Assembly (NCBI GenBank): GCA_017613015.1 | Contig: JAGAEQ010000029.1 | Span: forward strand, 2,551-66,550 | Direction: 5' to 3' | DNA length: 64,000 bases | Source of the DNA: Bacteroidales bacterium | GTDB lineage: Bacteria; Bacteroidota; Bacteroidia; Bacteroidales; WCHB1-69 | Shown here: piece after piece, positions 17,342 through 26,415 of the stretch | How the letters are laid out: each line of letters begins with the position of its first letter | Numbering within the stretch: position 1 is the first letter of the stretch | The notes under the pieces: generated by a model | Database searches by the model: none | Seen by the model: only the letters and a program-made list of their open reading frames with translations | Told to the model about the DNA's origin: nothing | Program-made: the position numbers and the translations under genes

Positions 17342-17533
17342 ATGCGTACACCCATCTTTCGCCGAATGCCGGTCTTTGCGCTGCTCCTTGCCCTTGCGGC
17401 AGGGCTGGCGGCCTGCGCCTCTTCCCGGAAAACCATCACCTATTCCAAGAAGCGGCACAAATGCAACTGCCCGCATTTCACCCACGTAAAGCTTACCTAC
17501 CAAAACGAAACCTATTGCTATGAATACAAATAA
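17342..17533 (+). CDS. Small Cys/His-rich putative lipoprotein (63 aa)
   Basis: ATG 17342. Signal plus lipobox (FALLLALAAGLAAC-ASS). Mature 39 aa contains HKCNCPHFTH and YCYEYK. The 3' end overlaps the next gene by 14 nt. Coding status rests on the signal peptide and tight placement only. Confidence 0.5.
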   Translation: MRTPIFRRMPVFALLLALAAGLAACASSRKTITYSKKRHKCNCPHFTHVKLTYQNETYCYEYK

Positions 17534-18614
17534 TTTCTGTGTCGTCATGGCCGGCGGAGCCGGAACGCGCTTCTGGCCCATCAGCCGGGCAAGCCACCCC
17601 AAGCAGTTCATTGATTTTCTGGGAACCGGGAAATCCCTGCTGCAAATGACCATTGCCCGTTTCAAGGGCATAGTGCCGATAGAGAATTTCTACATCGTGA
17701 CCAACGAGGCCTACCATGACCTGGTGCGGCAGCAGCTTCCGGAACTGGATGAAAGCCAGATTCTGCTGGAGCCTTTCCGGCGGAACACGGCACCCTGCAT
17801 CGCCTATGCCAACTATAAGATCAAACAGCGCAATCCGGAGGCCAACATCGTGGTCACGCCTTCCGACCACCTGATTCCCGACGAAAGCGCGTTTGCGGAG
17901 CACATCAGTTCCGCCTTGGCCTGCACCGAGCACAACGCCTGGCTGCTGACATTGGGCATTCATCCCACCCGTCCGGAAACCGGCTACGGCTACATACAGT
18001 ACGATGAGAAAAACCGCTACATGCCGGACCCGCGCATTTCCAAGGTGCGCCTTTTCACGGAGAAACCCCAGCTGGAGTTGGCGAAACAATTCCTTGAAAG
18101 CGGTGATTTCCTGTGGAATGCGGGCATTTTCGTCTGGAAGCTCCCGACCGTGATGCAGGCTTTCGAGCAGCATCTTCCGGAAATCGACCAGCTTTTCAAA
18201 AGCATTGAGCCTGATTTGGATACGCCCAGAGAGAATGAAACCATCCGCAAAATCTACGAGGAGTGCACCGCCATTTCCATTGACTACGGCATTTTGGAAA
18301 AAGCGGATAACGTCAATGTGCTGGCCTCCAATTTCGCCTGGTCGGATTTGGGCACTTGGACGGCACTGTACGAGCAGATCAAAAGCCCGCAAGCGGAAAA
18401 CGCCATTGTGGAACCGGATAACATTTTCACCTACAACACAAGCAATTGCATCATTACCGCCCCAAAGGACACGGTGGTGGTGACGGAAGGGTTAGACGAT
18501 TTTGTGGTGGCCGTGACCGACAATGCCGTGCTGGTCTGCCGCAAATCGGAGGAGCAGAACATCCGTCAGTTTGTGGCGGACGTGCAGATTTCAAAAGGGG
18601 ACAAATTCGTTTAA
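17520..18614 (+). CDS. Mannose-1-phosphate guanylyltransferase
   Basis: Nucleotidyltransferase motif CVVMAGGAGTRFWPISR and LLTLGI.PTRPETGYGYIQ. Confidence 0.9.
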   Translation: MNTNNFCVVMAGGAGTRFWPISRASHPKQFIDFLGTGKSLLQMTIARFKGIVPIENFYIVTNEAYHDLVRQQLPELDESQILLEPFRRNTAPCIAYANYKIKQRNPEANIVVTPSDHLIPDESAFAEHISSALACTEHNAWLLTLGIHPTRPETGYGYIQYDEKNRYMPDPRISKVRLFTEKPQLELAKQFLESGDFLWNAGIFVWKLPTVMQAFEQHLPEIDQLFKSIEPDLDTPRENETIRKIYEECTAISIDYGILEKADNVNVLASNFAWSDLGTWTALYEQIKSPQAENAIVEPDNIFTYNTSNCIITAPKDTVVVTEGLDDFVVAVTDNAVLVCRKSEEQNIRQFVADVQISKGDKFV

Positions 18615-18620
18615 GCAGCC

Positions 18621-20075
18621 ATGGAGCAGGAGCGCATCACCATACAGTCGGTAGCCGACGAGGACTACAAATACGGTTTCACGACAGACATAGACACGGA
18701 CTATTTCCCCAAAGGCATCAATGAGGAGATTGTGCGGAAAATCTCCGCCTACAAGGAGGAGCCCGACTGGTTGCTGCAATTCCGTCTCGACGCTTTCCGC
18801 CGCTGGCAGCAGATGAAGGAGCCCACTTGGGCGCATGTGCATTATCCGCCCATTGCCTATCAGGACATTATTTATTTTGCTGTCCCAAAACCCAAAAAAC
18901 GCCTCCAGAGCATGGACGAGGTGGATCCCAAATTGGTGGAAATGTTCAATAAATTAGGCATTTCCCTGGCGGAACAGAAACGTCTGGCCAATGTGGGGGA
19001 GGTGGCCGTGGACGCGGTGGTGGATTCCCAGTCGGTGAAGACCACGTTTCAGGAGACCTTGCAGAAGGAGGGCATACTGTTCTGCTCTTTCGGCGAGGCT
19101 GTCAAGCGGTATCCGGAGCTGGTCCGTGCGCATTTGGGCAAGGCGGTGCCTCCGGGCGACAACTTTTTCGCCGCTTTGAATTCGGCCGTATTCAGCGACG
19201 GCTCTTTCTGCTACATTCCCAAAGGCGTGCGCTGCCCCATGGAACTGTCCACCTATTTCCGCATCAACGCGATGAACACCGGGCAGTTTGAACGCACCCT
19301 GATCATTGCCGATGACGACGCTTATGTGAGCTACATGGAAGGCTGCACGGCGCCGCAGCGTGACGAGAACCAGCTGCACGCGGCGGTGGTGGAGATTTTC
19401 GCCAAAGAAAGGGCGGAAGTCAAGTATTCCACGGTACAGAACTGGTACCCAGGCGACAAGAACGGCAAGGGCGGCATCTACAATTTTGTGACCAAACGCG
19501 GCATTTGCGAGGGATTCCGCTCCAAAATCTCCTGGACACAGGTGGAGACGGGCTCTGCACTCACCTGGAAATACCCGGGCTGCGTGCTGAAAGGGGACGA
19601 GTCGGCCGGAGAGTTCTACTCCGTGGCCCTGACCAACAACTCCCAGCAGGCAGACACCGGAACCAAAATGATACACATCGGACGCAACACCCGCAGCACC
19701 ATCATCTCTAAGGGCATATCCGCCGGACACAGCGAAAACAGCTACCGGGGGCTGGTGCGCATAGGGCGTAACGCACAGGGGGCGCGCAACTATTCCCAGT
19801 GCGACTCCCTGCTTTTGGGCGACCAGTGCGGCGCACACACCTGGCCCTTCATCGAATGCCACAACGAAACGGCCATTCTGGAACACGAAGCCTCCACCTC
19901 GAAAATATCGGAGGAGCAGCTTTTCTACTGCCAGCAGCGGGGCATCAGCCAGGAAAACGCCATCGGATTGATTGTGAACGGATACGCAAGGGATGTGCTG
20001 AAACGTCTGCCCATGGAGTTCGCGGTGGAGGCGCAGCGGCTGCTGTCCGTCAGTCTGGAAGTGAAAAATGGATAG
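18621..20075 (+). CDS. sufB: Fe-S cluster assembly scaffold SufB
   Basis: Full-length SufB pattern (YKYGF...[67 protein letters not shown]). Confidence 0.95.
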   Translation: MEQERITIQSVADEDYKYGFTTDIDTDYFPKGINEEIVRKISAYKEEPDWLLQFRLDAFRRWQQMKEPTWAHVHYPPIAYQDIIYFAVPKPKKRLQSMDEVDPKLVEMFNKLGISLAEQKRLANVGEVAVDAVVDSQSVKTTFQETLQKEGILFCSFGEAVKRYPELVRAHLGKAVPPGDNFFAALNSAVFSDGSFCYIPKGVRCPMELSTYFRINAMNTGQFERTLIIADDDAYVSYMEGCTAPQRDENQLHAAVVEIFAKERAEVKYSTVQNWYPGDKNGKGGIYNFVTKRGICEGFRSKISWTQVETGSALTWKYPGCVLKGDESAGEFYSVALTNNSQQADTGTKMIHIGRNTRSTIISKGISAGHSENSYRGLVRIGRNAQGARNYSQCDSLLLGDQCGAHTWPFIECHNETAILEHEASTSKISEEQLFYCQQRGISQENAIGLIVNGYARDVLKRLPMEFAVEAQRLLSVSLEVKNG

Positions 20076-20090
20076 AAACAACACAGCGAT

Positions 20091-21452
20091 ATGAGTCAAG
20101 TAGGCATACCCAAAGGAACCCGTGATTTTCTGCCTGTGGAAATGCAGCGCAGAAACTATATTTTCAATACGATTCGGGAGGTGTTCCGCCAATTCGGATT
20201 TGTGGAGATACAAACCCCTTCCATGGAGAACCTGTCCACCCTGATGGGAAAATACGGGGAGGAGGGGGATCGTCTGCTGTTCAAAATCCTGAATTCCGGG
20301 AATTTCGCCGAAAAGGTGGACTGGCAGGAGCCCAATGCGGGCAAATTGGCCGCCGCCTTGTGCGAAAAGGGGCTGCGTTACGACCTGACCGTTCCCTTCG
20401 CCCGTTTTGTGGTGCAACACCGGCAGGAGCTTCCCATGCCTTTCAAACGTTTTCAGATACAGCCTGTTTGGCGTGCCGACCGTCCGCAGAAGGGGCGTTA
20501 CCGCGAATTCTACCAATGCGACGCCGACATTATCGGCAGCGTTTCCCTGCTGAACGAGGCGGATTTGCTGCAAATGGCCGATGAGATTTTCCACCGTTTG
20601 CGCATTCGCGTGGAAATCAAGATTAACAATCGCAAGCTGCTGGCGGGTATAGCCGAGCACATCGGGCAGCCTGAACGCCTGACCGACATCACCGTGGCCA
20701 TGGACAAACTGGACAAGGTGGGCTTGGAAGGCGTGTGCGCGGAATGGGCGGAAAGAGGGCTTTCCCAAGAGGAAATAAACCTGCTTGTTCCGATTGTACA
20801 ATACACTGGTAATAATGAAGAAAAAATAGCTTATTTAAAGCGTTTATTAAATTCTTCAGAAACAGCCGCAAAGGGCTTGGAGGAATTGGAGACGCTCTTG
20901 GCCTATGCCGGCATGCAGGAATTCCACCATACCATTTCCTTGGATCCGGCTTTGGCTCGCGGATTGAACTACTACACAGGCACCATTATGGAAATCAAGG
21001 CCTTGGATTTTTCCATGGGCAGCATTTCCGGCGGCGGGCGCTACGACGACCTGACGGGTGTCTTCGGACTGAAAAACATGTCGGGCGTGGGCATTTCCTT
21101 CGGCGCGGAACGCATCTACGACATTCTGGCGGAAGGCGGGCTTTTCCCGGAATTTTCCGGACAGTCCACCCAAGTGCTGTTGGTGAATTTCGGCGCGGAC
21201 GGTCTGGACGGGCTGCTTGGACTGCTGCAACGGCTTCGCAGGCAGGGCGTAAGGGCCGAGCTGTATCCGGAAGCCTCCAAGTTGGGGAAACAGTTCGCCT
21301 ATGCGGACGCACGGCAAATCCCTTATGTGGTGATCATAGGGGAGGAAGAACGGCAAAAACAAGGCATGCAGGTGAAAGACATGCGCTCCGGGGAGCAGCG
21401 TTTCCTCAAGGAGGCGGAATTGTTGGACCTGCTTGCGGACAAAACATACTAA
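20091..21452 (+). CDS. hisS: Histidine--tRNA ligase
   Basis: Class II motifs: GTRDFLP, RYREFYQCDADIIG (motif 2), GGGRYDDL (motif 3), and a C-terminal anticodon-binding domain. Confidence 0.95.
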   Translation: MSQVGIPKGTRDFLPVEMQRRNYIFNTIREVFRQFGFVEIQTPSMENLSTLMGKYGEEGDRLLFKILNSGNFAEKVDWQEPNAGKLAAALCEKGLRYDLTVPFARFVVQHRQELPMPFKRFQIQPVWRADRPQKGRYREFYQCDADIIGSVSLLNEADLLQMADEIFHRLRIRVEIKINNRKLLAGIAEHIGQPERLTDITVAMDKLDKVGLEGVCAEWAERGLSQEEINLLVPIVQYTGNNEEKIAYLKRLLNSSETAAKGLEELETLLAYAGMQEFHHTISLDPALARGLNYYTGTIMEIKALDFSMGSISGGGRYDDLTGVFGLKNMSGVGISFGAERIYDILAEGGLFPEFSGQSTQVLLVNFGADGLDGLLGLLQRLRRQGVRAELYPEASKLGKQFAYADARQIPYVVIIGEEERQKQGMQVKDMRSGEQRFLKEAELLDLLADKTY

Positions 21453-21464
21453 AACCCAAACATT

Positions 21465-22859
21465 ATGTCTTTAATCAAATCCATTTCCGGTTTCAGAGGC
21501 ACCGTGGGCGGTGTTCCCGGAGACAATATGACCCCGCTTGACGCGGTGAAATTCACGGCGGCTTATGTCTGCTTTTTAAAAGAGAGCCAGCCGGATACGA
21601 AAAAATTCAAGGTAGTGGTGGGACGGGACGCCAGGGTTTCCGGCGACATGCTCAACCGTGTGGTCTGCGCCACGCTGACGGCCATGGGCGTGGACGTGCT
21701 GGACATCGGCCTTTCCACCACCCCGACGGTTGAAATGGAAGTCGTCTTTCATCAGGCGCAGGGCGGCATCATCCTGACGGCCAGCCACAACCCTTTCCAG
21801 TGGAACGCACTGAAACTCTTGAACCAACAGGGCGAGTTCCTGAACGCGGAAGAAGGAAAGCGGGTGCTGGAATGGGCGGATGCGGAGCAGTTCTGTTTCG
21901 CCGCGCCAGAGAATATAGGCAGCTACACGCTGTGCGAAGGCGCCATACAGCGTCACATCGATGCGGTGCTGGCCTTGGAGCTGGTGGATGCGGACGCGAT
22001 TCGCAAAGCCGGTTTCAAGGTGGTGTTCGACGCGGTCAATTCCACCGGCGGCATCGCCTTGCCCATGCTGCTGAAAGCCTTGGGCGTGCAGCAGATCACC
22101 GGTATCAATGCGGATCCTACGGGCCGTTTCGCCCATAATCCCGAGCCGCTGCCCGAACATTTGACGGAATTGTGCGCAAAAGTGCGGGAACTGCATGCGG
22201 ACGTCGGCTTTGTGGTCGATCCGGACGTGGACCGTCTGGCCCTGATTCAGGAAAACGGGGAGCCTTTTGTGGAGGAATACACTTTGGTCGCTGTGGCGGA
22301 CTATGTGTTACGCCACCAGCCGGGCAACACGGTCTCCAACCTCTCGTCCACGCAGGCTTTGAAGGAAGTGACCGAAGGCTACGGGCAGCAATATGCCGCT
22401 TCCGCCGTGGGAGAGGTGAACGTAGTGGCCAAAATGAAGGAGACGAAGGCCGTCATCGGCGGCGAGGGCAACGGCGGCGTGATTTATCCCGCCTTGCACT
22501 ACGGCCGGGACGCTTTGGTCGGCATCGCCTTGTTCCTCACCCATTTGGCCCGCAGCGGAAAAAGCTGTTCCGCCTTGCGCAAGACCTATCCGGAGTTTGT
22601 CATCTCCAAAAACAGGATGGACTTGGCCCCGGGCACCGATGTGGACGCGCTGCTGCTGCACATACGGCAGAAATACGCCGACCTTCCCGTCATTGACGTA
22701 GACGGCGTGCGCATACAGTTCGGAAGACAGTGGGTGCATTTGCGCAAATCCAACACCGAACCCATTATCCGGATTTATTCCGAAAGCGCCACGGAGCGCG
22801 AAGCGGACGCTTTGGCGCGGAAAATCATGGAAGACATCGAATCGTATCTGAAGCACTAA
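21465..22859 (+). CDS. glmM: Phosphoglucosamine mutase
   Basis: ISGFRGTVG, active-site loop TASHNPFQWNALK, DPDVDR, GGEGNGG. Confidence 0.9.
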   Translation: MSLIKSISGFRGTVGGVPGDNMTPLDAVKFTAAYVCFLKESQPDTKKFKVVVGRDARVSGDMLNRVVCATLTAMGVDVLDIGLSTTPTVEMEVVFHQAQGGIILTASHNPFQWNALKLLNQQGEFLNAEEGKRVLEWADAEQFCFAAPENIGSYTLCEGAIQRHIDAVLALELVDADAIRKAGFKVVFDAVNSTGGIALPMLLKALGVQQITGINADPTGRFAHNPEPLPEHLTELCAKVRELHADVGFVVDPDVDRLALIQENGEPFVEEYTLVAVADYVLRHQPGNTVSNLSSTQALKEVTEGYGQQYAASAVGEVNVVAKMKETKAVIGGEGNGGVIYPALHYGRDALVGIALFLTHLARSGKSCSALRKTYPEFVISKNRMDLAPGTDVDALLLHIRQKYADLPVIDVDGVRIQFGRQWVHLRKSNTEPIIRIYSESATEREADALARKIMEDIESYLKH

Positions 22860-22862
22860 GTC

Positions 22863-23930
22863 ATGACACAGAATATCGTTATAGGCATCACCCAGGGAGA
22901 CATCAACGGAATAGGCTACGAACTAATTATCAAGTCTTTGATGGACGCACGCATACTGGAGAACATCACGCCGGTCATTTACGGTTCCTCCAAAGTGCTT
23001 TCCTATTACCGTAAGACCATCTCCAAAGGCAATGAATTCAACTATCACATCATCCGTCAGATAGACCAGGCTGTCCCGCACAAGGTGAATGTGCTGAACA
23101 TCACCGACCAGGAGCTGAAAATCGACATGGGGGAAGCCACTCCCGTGTCTGGGAAAGCGGCTTTCGACGCCTTGGAGGCGGCCATGCGGGATGTGCATTC
23201 CGGCAAACTGGACGCCATCGTGACCGCGCCCATCCATAAGAAGGCGATACAGTCTGAGCAATTTCATTTCCAAGGGCATACAGAATACTTTTGTGAGCGC
23301 ACCCACACCGCCGACTGCCTGATGCTGATGGTTTCGGACAGCCTGCGCATAGGCACTGTCACCACGCACTGCGCCTTGGCGGACGTGCCGAAAATACTCT
23401 CGAAAGAATTGGTCAAGAACAAATTGCGCATTCTTCACCAGAGCATGATGCAGGATTTCGCCTGCGTGAAGCCGCGCATCGCCGTGCTGGCGCTCAATCC
23501 CCATGCCGGAGAGGAGGGCCTGTTCGGCATGGAGGAGGAGACGGTGATCAAACCGGCCATCCAAGAGGCTTTTCAGGAAAAAATCTACGCTTTCGGCCCC
23601 TTCCCGGCGGACGGTTTCTTCGGATCGGGACAATACGCCAAGTACGACGCTGTGCTGGCCATGTACCACGATCAGGCCATGCTTCCCTTTAAAATCCTTT
23701 CTTATGGCGGCGGCGTGAACTATACCGCCGGTCTTCCCCTGATACGGACCTCCCCGGCGCACGGGACCGCCTACACCTTGGTCGGCAAGGACATGGCTTC
23801 CCCGGATTCTTTCCGCCAAGCCATCTACCAGGCCTGCGACATTTACGCCAACCGCCGCCGTGCGGATTTGGATGCGGCCATGCCTGCTGTGGAGAAAGAG
23901 AAAACACCTGAACAAGTCACCTATGATTAA
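22863..23930 (+). CDS. pdxA: 4-Hydroxythreonine-4-phosphate dehydrogenase
   Basis: GDINGIGYE, TAPIHK, GHTEYF, NPHAGE, IRTSPAHGTA. Confidence 0.9.
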   Translation: MTQNIVIGITQGDINGIGYELIIKSLMDARILENITPVIYGSSKVLSYYRKTISKGNEFNYHIIRQIDQAVPHKVNVLNITDQELKIDMGEATPVSGKAAFDALEAAMRDVHSGKLDAIVTAPIHKKAIQSEQFHFQGHTEYFCERTHTADCLMLMVSDSLRIGTVTTHCALADVPKILSKELVKNKLRILHQSMMQDFACVKPRIAVLALNPHAGEEGLFGMEEETVIKPAIQEAFQEKIYAFGPFPADGFFGSGQYAKYDAVLAMYHDQAMLPFKILSYGGGVNYTAGLPLIRTSPAHGTAYTLVGKDMASPDSFRQAIYQACDIYANRRRADLDAAMPAVEKEKTPEQVTYD

Positions 23931-26406
23931 ACAGGAAACCATCAGTGAAATAGCGCAGCGCATAGGCGGCGTTCTTTTGCAGCAACCCCATCCTGACGCG
24001 GTGATCCGGGAGCTTGCCTTCGACAGCCGGCGCGTGCAGCAGGGCGGCGACACCCTCTTTTTCGCCCTGGTCACCCAGCGCAACGACGGCCACCGCTACA
24101 TAGGGGAGCTGTACCGCAAAGGCATGCGGCATTTTGTGGTGGACACCCGCTTCTCCGAGGCGGAAAACTATCCGGAAGCCGATTTCATACAGACGGAGGA
24201 CACCCTGAAAGCCTTGCAGGATTTGGCCAAAGCACACCGCAAGCAGTTTCATGTCCCCATTATCGGCATCACGGGAAGCAACGGAAAAACCACCGTCAAG
24301 GAATGGCTGTACCAGCTGTTGTGCGAAGACTACCATATTTCTTATACGCCCAACAGCTTCAATTCCCAAATCGGGGTGCCGGTTTCGGTGTGGAGCCTGA
24401 ACGAGGACACCCAACTCGGCATTTTCGAAGCCGGAATCTCCCGCCCGGATGAAATGAACGCACTGAAAGCCATTATCGAACCTACCATCGGCATACTGAC
24501 CAACGTAGGTTCGGCGCACAGCGAGCATTTTATGGGGATGCGTCAGAAAATAGGGGAGAAACTCAACTTTTTCCGCAATGTGGAGACCCTTATCCTTTCC
24601 TTGGACAACGGAGAGGTCAATGAAGTGCTGCTTTGTTCAGGATTGGCGCAGAAAATCAAACTGTTCACCTGGAGCCGCAACCGTAAGGAGGCCGATTTGT
24701 ACATACAGGAGGTGGAAATCCGGGACAAGCAGACCCGGATTACGGCCGTGTACAAGGAAGACACCTACAGCATACGCATTCCCTTCATTGACGAGGGCGC
24801 CATCGAAAACACCCTGCACTGCTGGGCCTGCATGCTGCTGCTGGGCTATTCCAACGATTTGATTGCCGAACGCGTGGCCCGCCTGAAGCCTGTCGCCATG
24901 CGGTTGGAAATGAAACAAGGCATCCGCCGCTGCCTGATTATCAACGACACCTACAATTCGGACCTCAATTCCTTGCAGATTGCCGTGGATCTGATGGCCA
25001 ATCAAGGGCAGTACGGAAAACGCACCATCATCCTTTCCGATTTGCTGCAAAGCGGCCGTTCGGAGCGTGAACTTTATCAGGAAATATCCAAGCTGCTGGT
25101 GCAGAAGGGCGTGTCGCGCATCATCGGCATAGGGGACGCCATTTCCCGCCAAGCCGCCTGTTTCCCCATGGAAAAGGTGTTTTACAAAACCACTTCCGAT
25201 TTTCTCTCCACCTTTGACACTTCCAAATTAGACAACGAGGTCATTCTGGTGAAAGGGGCGCGCAAATTCGAATTCGAGCGCATTTCCGCCTTTTTGGAGC
25301 TGAAAACCCATGAGACCGTCATGGAAGTGAATCTCAACAATCTGATTTCCAATTTAGATTATTTTCGTTCCCGTTTGCAGCCGGAAACCAAGGTCATGGC
25401 AATGGTCAAAGCCTACAGCTACGGTACCGGCGACATCGACATCGCGAACGAATTGCAGTACCACAAGGTGGACTACCTGACGGTGGCCTATGCCGACGAA
25501 GGCATCACCTTGAGAAACAAGAATATTTCACTGCCCATTCTGGTGATGAACTCGGACGAGCGCAGCGTGGCGCTGATTGTCAAGCACCGCCTGCAACCGG
25601 AAATCTACAATTTCCGCATACTGCAACTGTACGAGGACGCGTTGAAACGTCAGCCACAGGAGGAGCCGCTGCATGTCCATATAAAAATAGACACCGGTAT
25701 GCACCGTCTGGGCTTCCAGCCGGAGGACATGGAGGAACTGTTGCGGCGTTTGCGCGACAACAGCCAGTTGAGGGTGGAAAGCGTGTTCTCCCATTTCGCC
25801 GCCGCTGACGATCCCATGGAGGATGCGTTCACCCACGGACAAGCCTCCCTGCTGACCGCCTGCCACGACGTCATCACGGAGGCTTTGGGCTACCGCCCGC
25901 TCAAACACATCGCAAATTCGACCGGTATACTGCGCTTTCCGGAATACCAATACGACATGGTGCGCCTCGGTTTGGGACTGTACGGGGTCAATCCCTTTGC
26001 GGATCCGTTCAAAATCCAATGCGTGGCCACCCTGCGTACCATTGTCTCCCAACTGAAACGGGTGCCTGCAGGGGACACCGTGGGCTATAACCGCCGTTGG
26101 AAAGCGGAGAGGGACAGTGTGATAGCCACCATCCCCATAGGCTATGCCGACGGCTTTCCCCGCAGCCTCAGCAACGGGAAGGGCGAGCTGCTGGTGAATG
26201 GGCAGCTGGTGCATACGGTGGGCATGGTCTGTATGGACATGACCATGTTGGACGTGACGGATATAGCTGTGAAAGAAGGGGATGTGGTCACGGTATTCGG
26301 GCCGCAGATCTCCATCACCCAAATGGCGCATCGGGCCGAATGCACGGAATACGAACTGTTGACCGGAATCTCCCAAAGAGTGAACCGGATTTTTGTCAGA
26401 AAATAA
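23923..26406 (+). CDS. Bifunctional UDP-MurNAc-tripeptide--D-Ala-D-Ala ligase (MurF) / alanine racemase fusion
   Basis: Start ATG 23923 (MIKQETISEIAQRIGG) overlaps pdxA by 8 nt; the longer ORF from 23860 is discounted. GITGSNGKTT Mur ligase P-loop in the N-half. The C-half has the alanine racemase PLP-Lys region MAMVKAYSYGTG and C-terminal YELLTGISQRVNRIF. Confidence 0.9.
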   Translation: MIKQETISEIAQRIGGVLLQQPHPDAVIRELAFDSRRVQQGGDTLFFALVTQRNDGHRYIGELYRKGMRHFVVDTRFSEAENYPEADFIQTEDTLKALQDLAKAHRKQFHVPIIGITGSNGKTTVKEWLYQLLCEDYHISYTPNSFNSQIGVPVSVWSLNEDTQLGIFEAGISRPDEMNALKAIIEPTIGILTNVGSAHSEHFMGMRQKIGEKLNFFRNVETLILSLDNGEVNEVLLCSGLAQKIKLFTWSRNRKEADLYIQEVEIRDKQTRITAVYKEDTYSIRIPFIDEGAIENTLHCWACMLLLGYSNDLIAERVARLKPVAMRLEMKQGIRRCLIINDTYNSDLNSLQIAVDLMANQGQYGKRTIILSDLLQSGRSERELYQEISKLLVQKGVSRIIGIGDAISRQAACFPMEKVFYKTTSDFLSTFDTSKLDNEVILVKGARKFEFERISAFLELKTHETVMEVNLNNLISNLDYFRSRLQPETKVMAMVKAYSYGTGDIDIANELQYHKVDYLTVAYADEGITLRNKNISLPILVMNSDERSVALIVKHRLQPEIYNFRILQLYEDALKRQPQEEPLHVHIKIDTGMHRLGFQPEDMEELLRRLRDNSQLRVESVFSHFAAADDPMEDAFTHGQASLLTACHDVITEALGYRPLKHIANSTGILRFPEYQYDMVRLGLGLYGVNPFADPFKIQCVATLRTIVSQLKRVPAGDTVGYNRRWKAERDSVIATIPIGYADGFPRSLSNGKGELLVNGQLVHTVGMVCMDMTMLDVTDIAVKEGDVVTVFGPQISITQMAHRAECTEYELLTGISQRVNRIFVRK

Positions 26407-26415
26407 ACCAAAACC

